49,748 bases of DNA from assembly GCA_045589075.1 (NCBI GenBank), contig JAZNFI010000068.1, positions 1 through 49,748 on the forward strand. The letters are read 5' to 3'. A program made the position numbers and the translations under genes. The notes beneath the pieces are model-generated. The model did not search any database, had not been told where the DNA came from, and saw only the letters and a list, made by a program, of their open reading frames with translations. The DNA comes from Candidatus Flemingiibacterium sp. Lineage in GTDB: Bacteria; Bacillota; Clostridia; Oscillospirales; CAG-272. Below are positions 27,883 through 37,013 of the stretch, piece by piece (positions within the stretch are counted from its first letter, which is position 1; every line of letters begins with the position of its first letter).

Positions 27883-29313
27883 TTGAAAATTGACTGGAAT
27901 CGCAAATATACTACCATATCGGTGTATGTACTTATTACAGCATTTCTGATAATGCTCATATGCGCAGCATTTCTGAACTTTGACTCGGTGAGCGGCTTTA
28001 TTTCCACCCTTAACAGCATACTTGTGCCTGTTTACATAGGATTTGCAATAGCATATCTTGCAAATCCCATAATGAAATTTTCTGAAAAGCATATTTTCAG
28101 ATTCAAAATCAAAAGCAGTAGCCGCTTTCATCTGAAAAGAGGCTTGTCTATCGCCATTTCACTTATTGCACTGCTCATAATCCTGACCGTATTGGTACTG
28201 CTCATTATTCCCCAACTGTTTTACAGTCTTTCTGATCTGGTTTCAAAAATGAGCGGTTATATAGATACCACCGTGGCGTGGCTTGACGATTTTCTTCCCA
28301 ATGAAATTTTTGACCGCTCCGACCTGACTCTTGAAAACTTCTACAATTCTATTCTCGCATTCTTTGGCTTGTCGGGATTCGGAACAGAACTTACAGGCAT
28401 TACAGACCAGTTAGCTCAGAACTCCGGCAGCATTGACATGATAATATCGGGGTCTATAAACATTCTTCGTGAATATATCCCACTTTTGTTTAATTACTTC
28501 ACAGGACTTGCAAACGGTATATTCAACATCATACTCGGCATCTTTTTCGCAATTTATATGCTTTCCTCCAAGGAAAGACTTATCGCACAAATAAAGAAAA
28601 CCGTCCGCGCATTCACAAGTGAGAAGCTTTACAACAGTATTATTGAGCTTTCAATTTTCTCAAACAAAACTTTTGGCAGCTACTTAATTGGCAAGGGTTT
28701 TGACTCATTTATAGTGGGCATAATAATGTTTATACTATGTTCACTTCTGAAAATTCCGTATGCCCTGCTGGTAAGCTCGCTCGTGGCAATAACCAATATC
28801 ATCCCTGTTATCGGACCTTTTATCGGTGCAATCCCCGGTATACTCATAATCTTCATCGTTGACCCATCAAAGGTACTTTGGTTCATTCTCCTTAACATAA
28901 TCGTTCAGCAGGTGGACGGTAACATTATCGTTCCCAAGATACTCGGCGAAACCACAGGTCTATCAGCCCTTTGGGTATTGTTCTCCATAACAGTAATGGG
29001 CGGTATCTGGGGATTGTTCGGAATGTTTATAAGTGTTCCGATATTCGCAATACTTTATATGCTCATTAAGCTTTTTGTGGAAAGCCGTCTCAACAAAAAA
29101 GAGCTTCCATCTGCAACTTATGATTATTATACTGACAATGAGATAAGAGACTTTCCGGATCACGATGACAACAAACACTCCTTTGCCGCCCACATTAAGA
29201 ATTCAAACAAAAATATGGATAAATTATCACTTCCCGCAAAATTCCTCGCAAGATTCGGAAAAAAATCAAAGTCCGAGAAAAAAGACGGCCACGACAGCCA
29301 AGATAATTCTTGA
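27883..29313 (+). CDS. AI-2E family (PerM/UPF0118) transporter
   Basis: IAYLANP, TNIIPVIGPFIGAIP, QQVDGNIIVPKILG, GMFISVP; TTG start with SD GGAGG. Confidence 0.92.
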   Translation: MKIDWNRKYTTISVYVLITAFLIMLICAAFLNFDSVSGFISTLNSILVPVYIGFAIAYLANPIMKFSEKHIFRFKIKSSSRFHLKRGLSIAISLIALLIILTVLVLLIIPQLFYSLSDLVSKMSGYIDTTVAWLDDFLPNEIFDRSDLTLENFYNSILAFFGLSGFGTELTGITDQLAQNSGSIDMIISGSINILREYIPLLFNYFTGLANGIFNIILGIFFAIYMLSSKERLIAQIKKTVRAFTSEKLYNSIIELSIFSNKTFGSYLIGKGFDSFIVGIIMFILCSLLKIPYALLVSSLVAITNIIPVIGPFIGAIPGILIIFIVDPSKVLWFILLNIIVQQVDGNIIVPKILGETTGLSALWVLFSITVMGGIWGLFGMFISVPIFAILYMLIKLFVESRLNKKELPSATYDYYTDNEIRDFPDHDDNKHSFAAHIKNSNKNMDKLSLPAKFLARFGKKSKSEKKDGHDSQDNS

Positions 29314-29438
29314 ATATAGTCTTGCCGGTGGGAGTTACCTTAACCTATAAGGATGTTTTAGGATAGGACCGTATTCCAGCCCAAATATTTTTTATGGACA
29401 AGCGGATTTAAGCTACCGCAAAACGGATTAAATTATCA

Positions 29439-29481
29439 TAAATAATAAGACCACGCGTCAAACGCGTGGTCTTATTATTTA
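29439..29481. terminator. Perfect 20-bp inverted repeat, probable terminator
   Basis: TAAATAATAAGACCACGCGT-caa-ACGCGTGGTCTTATTATTTA. Confidence 0.8.
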
Positions 29482-29516
29482 AAAACTGCGGACACCTTAT
29501 GGAAAGTGTCCGCAGT
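29481..29516 (-). terminator. Intrinsic terminator of ftsZ
   Basis: ACTGCGGACAC...GTGTCCGCAGT with A5 on the left (U-tract on minus), about 20 nt after the ftsZ stop. Confidence 0.8.
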
Positions 29517-29535
29517 AAATATTATAAAATTACTA

Positions 29536-30642
29536 TTATTTATTCTTATTAAGGATGCCAAGGATTTCGCCGAAATCGTCGTCAGATATAAGGTCAGGAC
29601 CGGACACCTTAGGCTCATCAGCCTTGGCAGCTGCCTCAGCAGCCTCTTTTGCCTGCTGTGCCTCCACTGTATTCTGCATGCTCTTGGGAGCACTGTCAAA
29701 GCCGGTAGCGATAACGGTAACACGCATTTCATCTTCAAGGCTCGGATCAAATGCCACACCGAAGATAACATTAGCATCGGGATGTGCCTCGCCCTGTACC
29801 ATGCTGCAGGCAACGTCAACTTCTTCAAGTCCAATATCAGGAGAAGCAGTGACACTGATGATAATGCCGCGTGCACCTGCAATAGAGGTTTCGAGCAGAG
29901 GACTGGAGATAGCAGCCTTTGCCGCAAGCTCTGCCTTGTCCTTGCCGCTTGCACTTCCTACGCCCATATGAGCATAACCAGCACCAAGCATAATAGCAGT
30001 AACGTCTGCAAAGTCAAGGTTAATGCAACCATCAGCCGTGATCAGCTCTGCTACACTCTGTACACCGTGACGGAGTACATCATCAGCAACCTCGAATGCA
30101 TTTATAAGAGTGATTCGTGTATCGGATACCTGCTTGAGTCTTTCGTTAGGAACAATAATGAGGGAGTCAACAACATCAATGAGGTTCTTGATTCCTACTT
30201 CAGCCTGCGCCATGCGCACCTTGCCCTCGAATGCAAAAGGTTTGGTTACAACGCCCACTGTAAGTATTCCCATATCCCTTGCAGTCTTTGCAACAATGGG
30301 AGCTGCACCGGTACCGGTACCGCCGCCCATGCCTGCGGTAACAAACACCATGTGGGTGCCCTCAAGCACTTTTTTGATTTCCTCGAGTGACTCCTCGGCA
30401 GCTCTTGCACCAACTTCCGGATTTGCACCGGCACCGCGGCCTTTGGTGATTTTCTCGCCAATGTCAATCTTTGTAACTGCATTGGAACGTGCAAGTGCCT
30501 GCCTATCGGTATTGATAGCTACAAACTCAACACCGCGTACGTTTGCCGCAATCATGCGGTTAACAGCGTTGTTTCCGCCGCCGCCGACACCAATCACCTT
30601 TATATTCACATTGCCAAAGTTATTATCAAGTTCAAATGCCAT
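29536..30642 (-). CDS. ftsZ: Cell division protein FtsZ
   Basis: VIGVGGGGNNAV, GAGANPEVG, GMGGGTGTG, INLDFADV. Confidence 0.98.
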   Translation of the reverse strand: MAFELDNNFGNVNIKVIGVGGGGNNAVNRMIAANVRGVEFVAINTDRQALARSNAVTKIDIGEKITKGRGAGANPEVGARAAEESLEEIKKVLEGTHMVFVTAGMGGGTGTGAAPIVAKTARDMGILTVGVVTKPFAFEGKVRMAQAEVGIKNLIDVVDSLIIVPNERLKQVSDTRITLINAFEVADDVLRHGVQSVAELITADGCINLDFADVTAIMLGAGYAHMGVGSASGKDKAELAAKAAISSPLLETSIAGARGIIISVTASPDIGLEEVDVACSMVQGEAHPDANVIFGVAFDPSLEDEMRVTVIATGFDSAPKSMQNTVEAQQAKEAAEAAAKADEPKVSGPDLISDDDFGEILGILNKNK

Positions 30643-30713
30643 TTCAGTTTCCTCCTAAGATTTATAAGTCCTATTATCGAAACCCTTCGATATAAAATTA
30701 CATATATATTAAT

Positions 30714-30742
30714 ATGATAATATTAAATTTCATTTTTTGCAA
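30714..30742 (-). promoter_or_regulatory. Candidate sigmaA promoter of ftsZ
   Basis: TTGCAA-17 nt-TATCAT in an AT-rich spacer. Confidence 0.55.
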
Positions 30743-30796
30743 TAGGTTTTTTAAAAATTCAATATTTTTTTACGAATAATGCATAATTACACACTT

Positions 30797-31690
30797 CTAA
30801 CTGTCAAATTCCACCTTCAAGTCCGGATTTTTAATAACCGGACACTGTGTTGGATCATTTGCGTCTATTGTTGCGGGCACTCCGTCCGAGAACACGGCGC
30901 TCTCAAGCATCCCCGCAACGGCAGTAAACTTGGTGCCCAGCTCATCTCCGTTGCCAAGCTTCACGAGATAGGTTTTCTGTGCAATGAGCGAAAGTGAAAA
31001 TCTGTCGCGGAGATCAAATGCCGAGGTGTTTTTGAAAAGGGGACTCGATTCAAGCGCATCAATGTAAGCGTGAACATATTTGTCAGAGGTTGTCTCGGAA
31101 AACTCAACATCGTATCCGACAACCGCCGAATCTATCTGAGGAAGTAACAGCTCAATAAGCCCGCGCCCCTCAAATTCTGAAGAATCAAATACACGTTCAA
31201 GCACCCGAAGCTCTTCTGAAAGTATGAAATATTCGCCATACAGCTTGGAATAATATACTCCGACGTCCTCTGTTACACTTATGATAACCGTATCAGGAAG
31301 CTTTCGGGTTATGTGAGCATCACTAATATACGAAAGCTTACCATAAAGCTTTTCAAGGTTTCCATCTCCTACCTCATACAGACTGAGTCCTTTTTCAATA
31401 CCCGTAATTGAAAGTATTTTTTCCTTCGAGTATCTTGAGGAACCAATCACCTCAATGTTGTCTATACGAAAGAAAATCGCAAGGCAGATGATTATAAACA
31501 AAGCCACAAGCACACAAAGCAGAGCTATGTAGGTGAAGCGAGAAAACCGCTTCCTTGTTTGCCTGCGCCTGACGAATGACTGAAGGCGCTCTTTGTTTTT
31601 TATATTCTGGAGTTCATGCTCGTCACCCGAAAAAAATCGGCTATCCCGACGGTCACTGGTTTTGCTCATAGTAATCCTGTCACCGCGCAC
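30797..31690 (-). CDS. ftsQ: FtsQ/DivIB POTRA-domain division protein (start GTG 31690 or ATG 31669)
   Basis: Basic N-tail, one TM, FRIDNIEVIGSSRYS and ITRKLPDTVIISVTE POTRA signatures; located between murG and ftsZ. Confidence 0.85.
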   Translation of the reverse strand: MRGDRITMSKTSDRRDSRFFSGDEHELQNIKNKERLQSFVRRRQTRKRFSRFTYIALLCVLVALFIIICLAIFFRIDNIEVIGSSRYSKEKILSITGIEKGLSLYEVGDGNLEKLYGKLSYISDAHITRKLPDTVIISVTEDVGVYYSKLYGEYFILSEELRVLERVFDSSEFEGRGLIELLLPQIDSAVVGYDVEFSETTSDKYVHAYIDALESSPLFKNTSAFDLRDRFSLSLIAQKTYLVKLGNGDELGTKFTAVAGMLESAVFSDGVPATIDANDPTQCPVIKNPDLKVEFDS

Positions 31691-31711
31691 ATGGTATCCT
31701 TTCCTTGAAAT

Positions 31712-31762
31712 AGGGCATGAACCGACCTAATGTCGGCGCCGAAAGGGCAACATCCCAACCCT
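31712..31762 (-). ncRNA. Candidate DUF1646 / Na+-I riboswitch aptamer
   Basis: AGGGUUGGGAUGUUGCCCUUUCGGCGCCGACAUUAGGUCGGUUCAUGCCCU: closing stem AGGG/CCCU, hairpins GCC/GGC and CCGAC/GUCGG; GGUUG...UG...GC...GUUYAUGCC pattern matches the consensus as I recall it. Confidence 0.68.
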
Positions 31763-31769
31763 GTTACTC

Positions 31770-31799
31770 ATTATATCATACATGATAATAAAAAGTCAA
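31770..31799 (-). promoter_or_regulatory. Internal sigmaA promoter for the riboswitch-ftsQ transcript
   Basis: TTGACT-18 nt-TATAAT with extended -10 (TGATATAAT); predicted start falls at the aptamer 5' end. Confidence 0.75.
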
Positions 31800-31830
31800 G
31801 TAATTTGCGCCGATTTGTGATAAATAGGCT

Positions 31831-32973
31831 TCATTTTTTTGTGATTTTCGCTGATTTTTCGGTGATGAGTGACATAAGGTCAGAGTAAATTTTGTCACCG
31901 GCATTGAAAAGAGCAAATTTTTTTATGTTTTCTTCCATTTTACGTCTCTTGGAAGCGTCCGAAAGAAGTTCTTCGAGACAACCATATATTACCCCATTAC
32001 TAAGCTTTTTTTCCTCAAAAACAACTGCAGCTCCCACATCTGCGAGAACCCTTGCGTTTTTATACTGGTGATTGTCAGTAACATGAGGAGAGGGTATGAG
32101 TACACAACATTTTTTAAGTGCAGCAAGTTCCGACAGAGTCATTGCCCCAGCACGGCATACCACCACATCAGCTGCTGCCATAAGCGTGGGCATATCATAG
32201 ATGTATTCTCTAATATCAAGATTTTCACAGCCAACGAGTCCGTATTCCTCAGCCATCTGCATAGACGCCTCATATTCTATGGCACCTACAGCATGAATGT
32301 GCAGCAGTTCAGGGTGGTGCCTTGAATAGTCACGCATGAATGAAAGCATTTCGGAGTTTACCCGTTCTGCTCCCATACTTCCGCCATAGGATAGCAGCAG
32401 CTTATCATACTTACCCTTAATCCCAAGTTTTTCTCTCGCCTCATCATAATCAAGCGCCGAGAACTCCGGCTTTATAGGGTTGCCTACCTTCAGTATTTTC
32501 TCTGCATACTGTCCGCCAAGCGCGGCTGCAGTTGCGTCAAAATTCACATATATTCTGTCCACCATTGGTGCTAACATCTTTACCGCCACACCGGGAATTG
32601 CGTTGCTTTCATGTATTGCCGTAGGGATACCGGTTGAAGCTGCCGCCTTGAGCAAAGGCCAGCAAACATATCCGCCTGTGCCTACAACAAGGTCGGGCTT
32701 AAATTTATTTATAAGCTTCCTCGCCTTCATGGGTGAGGTAAACGCCAGCCAAGCTGACTTTATGTTGTATAGAGACAACTTCCTCTTAAAGCCTTGAACC
32801 TCCACATGATAAAGTTCATACCCTTCCTTTGGCACCAGCTTATTCTCAATTCCTCTGGACGTTCCCACAAAAGCTATCTGTGCGCCGGGGTTGTTTTTTC
32901 TTATATTGTTTGCAATGGCGATAGCGGGATTCACATGACCGCCTGTACCGCCGCCTGTCATCAGTATTCTCAA
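31831..32973 (-). CDS. murG: Lipid I GlcNAc transferase
   Basis: GGGTGGHVNPA, GTGGYV, HESNAIPG, GNPI, GGSMGA, RAGAMTLSE, NHQYKNA. Confidence 0.97.
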   Translation of the reverse strand: MRILMTGGGTGGHVNPAIAIANNIRKNNPGAQIAFVGTSRGIENKLVPKEGYELYHVEVQGFKRKLSLYNIKSAWLAFTSPMKARKLINKFKPDLVVGTGGYVCWPLLKAAASTGIPTAIHESNAIPGVAVKMLAPMVDRIYVNFDATAAALGGQYAEKILKVGNPIKPEFSALDYDEAREKLGIKGKYDKLLLSYGGSMGAERVNSEMLSFMRDYSRHHPELLHIHAVGAIEYEASMQMAEEYGLVGCENLDIREYIYDMPTLMAAADVVVCRAGAMTLSELAALKKCCVLIPSPHVTDNHQYKNARVLADVGAAVVFEEKKLSNGVIYGCLEELLSDASKRRKMEENIKKFALFNAGDKIYSDLMSLITEKSAKITKK

Positions 32974-33002
32974 AACAAACTATCCTTTCATAATATCGTA
33001 CG

Positions 33003-34502
33003 CTATCTCTTTTGCTTTGAATACCTCGAAATCGACAGCACTATTCCCATTTCCACCATAAGCACGACAAGAGATGAGCCGCCGTATGAGAAGAACGGAA
33101 GCGAAATTCCGGTATTAGGTATGGAGTTAGTAACCACCGCGATATTAAGAATGCTCTGTATTGCAACCTTGCCCACAATACCAACTACGGTTATGGTGGA
33201 GAATATATCGGGTGCCTTCATCGCAATAACGATTCCGCGCCATACAAGGAGAACAAACAGGATAATAACAGCGATCGCACCGATGAATCCAAGTTCCTCA
33301 CAAACTATAGTAAATATAAAGTCATTCTGAGGCTGAGATACAAAATGATGCTTCTGATAGCTGTTTCCGAGTCCCTCTCCAAAGAGTCCGCCCGAGCCGA
33401 TAGCGTACAGTCCCTGAAGAGTCTGATAACCGCCGCCCTGCGGGTCAAGCTCAGGGTGAAGCCAAATGTCGAGTCTGCGTTTTGTGTAAGGGGTAACAAG
33501 GCTTACGATTCCAAATATAGCACCTGCAACAGCACCGCCGCCAACAAGGAGTCTCAAGGGTGCGCCGCTTGCGAATATTACCAGCACACCTATGGCAAAC
33601 ATAATTATGGTTCCCGAAAGATGCTTCTCTATTACAACAAGCACGCATGCAAGTGCTGTAATGGCAAGAGGCGTGCAGACTCCGAAAAACGATGACGAAA
33701 TGATATTCTTTTTATCAACGCATCTTTCATAATAGCGGTCAAAATACCACGCAAGCATGAAAACAAGCCCCAGTTTCATGAACTCCGAGGGTTGTATCTC
33801 TGTAAACCCCACATCTATCCAGCGTTTTGCACCGCCATGCTCCTCTCCGATTATTGGAACAAGACAAAGAAGCAATACGCAGAAGGCGTATACTATGGGT
33901 GACAGCTTTTTGTACCATTCGGGTCTGAACAGTATGGCAAGGGCTATTCCGATTGAACCTGCTATAACGAACATTATCTGACGGAAAATTATATAGTAAC
34001 TGTCGCCGTATGTATTCTGGGAGTATGCATAGCTCGCAGAATATACCATTATCGTTCCAAATGCAAGAAGTATTATTACAAGTATCAGAAAAACATAATC
34101 TATACTTCCCTTTTCCCGCACAATATCACGCTTTTCTATTATGGTTTTATCAACGGCAAATGTCCGCTTAAGCCATGGGAGCATACCCTCATTGCTTTTT
34201 TCTGTAACGGACGTTACAGCACGGGGTGCTATATTTGCACCGTGAGCAGAGTTTGCGCGTGAAACAGCAGACTGTAATCCGCTGTTTTGCCGCCCTGTAC
34301 TTACGTTGCGGCGTGCATGCATCTGGCGCCCCTTTGTTGCTATGGCTTTGCTTTGTGCTGTATTATCTGCATTTGTTTTGCCTCGGTAAACAACGCGTGG
34401 CGTCTGAGAAACATTTCTCTTTGTGCCGTTCGGATCAGAGGTATAATGTTGTGCAGTAGTATTATTTCCGCCTTTACTATTGCGGTTTCTGTCGTTGTGC
34501 AA
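33003..34502 (-). CDS. ftsW: SEDS peptidoglycan polymerase FtsW/SpoVE with long N-terminal extension
   Basis: GAKRWI, IQPSEFMK, QNDFIFTIVCEELG, PNTGISLPFFSYGGSS; TTG start after SD GGAGGAGG. Confidence 0.92.
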   Translation of the reverse strand: MHNDRNRNSKGGNNTTAQHYTSDPNGTKRNVSQTPRVVYRGKTNADNTAQSKAIATKGRQMHARRNVSTGRQNSGLQSAVSRANSAHGANIAPRAVTSVTEKSNEGMLPWLKRTFAVDKTIIEKRDIVREKGSIDYVFLILVIILLAFGTIMVYSASYAYSQNTYGDSYYIIFRQIMFVIAGSIGIALAILFRPEWYKKLSPIVYAFCVLLLCLVPIIGEEHGGAKRWIDVGFTEIQPSEFMKLGLVFMLAWYFDRYYERCVDKKNIISSSFFGVCTPLAITALACVLVVIEKHLSGTIIMFAIGVLVIFASGAPLRLLVGGGAVAGAIFGIVSLVTPYTKRRLDIWLHPELDPQGGGYQTLQGLYAIGSGGLFGEGLGNSYQKHHFVSQPQNDFIFTIVCEELGFIGAIAVIILFVLLVWRGIVIAMKAPDIFSTITVVGIVGKVAIQSILNIAVVTNSIPNTGISLPFFSYGGSSLVVLMVEMGIVLSISRYSKQKR

Positions 34503-34534
34503 TGACGTGACCTCCTCCGTGGTTTTCTTTTATT

Positions 34535-35527
34535 TTAAATTCCAAAATAGGCTATAACCCCCGCAATAACAGTAACAAGGGAAAACACGCCCACAATCTT
34601 AAGCTCCGACCATCCGCACTTTTCAAAATGGTGATGGATTGGAGCCATTTTTAAAATACGCTTCTTTGTAAGCTTGTAACAGCCCACCTGAAGTATTACT
34701 GATGCCGCCTCACCAATATAAACGATTCCCACAATCACGATAATAAGCGGATTGCCAAGCATATATGCCATTCCTATGGCAAGACCGCCGAGGAACAAGG
34801 AACCCGTGTCTCCCATAAACACTCTTGCAGGATAAAAATTGTAAACAAGGAATCCGAGACAAGCACCTGCGGTTATTCCCGACATTACTGCTGTGGGCAG
34901 TTGCTCAAGAGAAAACGCCGCCACAGCAAAAAACGCAGAAAGCGCGAGTGTCACACTGCTTGCAAGACCGTCAATACCGTCCGTTAAGTTGACGGCGTTC
35001 ACAATACCTGTAATAAGCAGTATAGAGATGATATAGTAGAATACTCCGATGTCCGCTGAAATCTCCGTAAATGGTAAAGTAATTTCAGTGGTGATGTTAT
35101 CGGTAAACTTCAATGCAGCGAGAAATAGTCCAGCCGATATAAGTTGAAGCAGATATTTCTGTGTAGCAGTAAGCCCCTCATTTCTGTGGTTTTTGAACTT
35201 AGTCATATCGTCTACTATACCTATTGCTCCACTGACAACTGCAAATGCCAATACTATAATTAATTTTTCCAGTCCTTCAGAATTTCCGCTGGCTGCCATG
35301 GCAACCGCCATTACAGAACCTACAATAACCGCTGATATATTAAAGCCAAGTCCGCCCATTGTGGGCGTTCCCTCCTTGCTTTTATGCCAACGGGGACCTA
35401 TATCAAGTATCTGCTGACCAAGCTTCATGCTTTTAAGCTTTGGGATAAGGAACCTTAAAATAATGGCAGTAAGCGCAAAGGTAAGCCCCAGCGTTGGAAG
35501 AAAATACTGTAACATCGTTAACTTCAT
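34535..35527 (-). CDS. mraY: Phospho-MurNAc-pentapeptide transferase
   Basis: KEGTPTMGG, GIVDD, NAVNLTDGIDGLA, VFMGDTGS, MAPIHHHFE. Confidence 0.97.
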   Translation of the reverse strand: MKLTMLQYFLPTLGLTFALTAIILRFLIPKLKSMKLGQQILDIGPRWHKSKEGTPTMGGLGFNISAVIVGSVMAVAMAASGNSEGLEKLIIVLAFAVVSGAIGIVDDMTKFKNHRNEGLTATQKYLLQLISAGLFLAALKFTDNITTEITLPFTEISADIGVFYYIISILLITGIVNAVNLTDGIDGLASSVTLALSAFFAVAAFSLEQLPTAVMSGITAGACLGFLVYNFYPARVFMGDTGSLFLGGLAIGMAYMLGNPLIIVIVGIVYIGEAASVILQVGCYKLTKKRILKMAPIHHHFEKCGWSELKIVGVFSLVTVIAGVIAYFGI

Positions 35528-35543
35528 TATTATCTCCTTGACG

Positions 35544-36977
35544 TCAATTTTCGCCGTTATTTGACAGCAGCTTCTTTAATTCTTCAATAACCCTCTCAAG
35601 TCTTACCGCGCGACTCGCTTTGAACAGCACTGCATCGCCACGTTTTATAAGTCCGCACACGGTCTTTGCGGCAACCTCGGGATGATTGGTGTCGTTGCTA
35701 ATGCTAATACATTCGTGCTTAAGACCATGATTGATAGCTCCGAGTGCAATATTCTCCGCTTCCCTGCCGAAGGTGACAAGATTCGAAATATGTCTGGACG
35801 CCACAAGAGTACCCACTTCCATGTGAAGCTGCTTAGAATATTCACCAAGCTCCAACATATCTCCCAACACCGCAACTGAGCGGCACTTGTTTTTCTCCGC
35901 CACACTGGCAAGCACCTCAACCGCCGCTTTCATGGACTCAGGTCCCGCATTGTAACAGTCCTCTATTATGGTGACACCATCATATTCGTAAATATTCTGT
36001 CTCATTCCCGTATTGCGGAATGACATAAGTCCTTTTTTGATCTCGTCGTCGTCCATGCCGAGAATTATTCCTACCGCAAACGCATACGTGGCATCATATA
36101 CATTGTGTATACCGATTGTAGGTATGCGCACATTTGTAACAACACGTCTGCCGGCAACAAGGTCGAATTCTGTACTGTCCTCATATTCTCTTATATTAAG
36201 AGCGCGGTAATCCGCCTGCGGATTTTTAAGTGAAACAAAAATAAGCTGGTTGGCAAGCTTCCCCTTTTGGGCAAACAGCATCGGCTCATCCGCATTGAGA
36301 ATAACATAACCGTCATTGGGAAGCCCCTCTGCAATTTCAAGTTTGGCTCGGCATATGTTCTCCCTTGAGCCCAAATTTTCGATATGTGAGTTGCCGATAT
36401 TGGTGATCAGCGCAATGTCGGGTCTTGCTATATTAGTCATTCTCGAAATCTCTCCAAGTCCGCTCATTCCCATTTCCAATACGCATACCTGGGTATTCTC
36501 GGGCATATCAAGAATCGATAGTGGCATTCCTATTTCGTTATTGAAGTTTCCCTCCGTCTTGTGGGAAAGATATTTGGAAGCCGTCACGGCATAAATGAAT
36601 TCCTTGGTAGTGGTTTTCCCCACGCTTCCCGTAACCGCTACAGTTTTTGGTTTTATCTTACTCTTGTAAGCCGCCGCAATACGTCCGAGCGCCTCAACAG
36701 AGCTATTTGTAACAAACACACGGGGAGAACTCGCAGAATCAAGCCCATCGGGCATCCGCTCGGCAATAACCGCAACAGCCCCCTTTGAAATCGCTTGAGA
36801 GATAAAATCATGGCCGTCAAACCGCTCACCATTTATGGCTACGAACAGAGAACCCTGTTCAACCTCTCTGGAATCGGTTACAATAGAGGTTATCTCACCG
36901 AAAAAGCCCATCTCACACCCTAGAATTTCTGCAAGCTCTTTCGTATCAAATACAGCCTTTTTATACTTGATTCCCAT
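35544..36977 (-). CDS. murF: UDP-MurNAc-tripeptide--D-Ala-D-Ala ligase
   Basis: TGSVGKTTTK, NFNNEIGMP, LEMGM, DCYNAGPES, LGDMLELG, KASR. Confidence 0.96.
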   Translation of the reverse strand: MGIKYKKAVFDTKELAEILGCEMGFFGEITSIVTDSREVEQGSLFVAINGERFDGHDFISQAISKGAVAVIAERMPDGLDSASSPRVFVTNSSVEALGRIAAAYKSKIKPKTVAVTGSVGKTTTKEFIYAVTASKYLSHKTEGNFNNEIGMPLSILDMPENTQVCVLEMGMSGLGEISRMTNIARPDIALITNIGNSHIENLGSRENICRAKLEIAEGLPNDGYVILNADEPMLFAQKGKLANQLIFVSLKNPQADYRALNIREYEDSTEFDLVAGRRVVTNVRIPTIGIHNVYDATYAFAVGIILGMDDDEIKKGLMSFRNTGMRQNIYEYDGVTIIEDCYNAGPESMKAAVEVLASVAEKNKCRSVAVLGDMLELGEYSKQLHMEVGTLVASRHISNLVTFGREAENIALGAINHGLKHECISISNDTNHPEVAAKTVCGLIKRGDAVLFKASRAVRLERVIEELKKLLSNNGEN

Positions 36978-37013
36978 GTTATCTGTCCTTTCTTTTACTC
37001 GTATAATGCCATC

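Noticed and set aside
29506-30658. Long + strand ORFs opposite ftsZ (also 41166..41936 opposite ftsL)
   Set aside because: Antisense shadows of real genes with no recognisable motifs.
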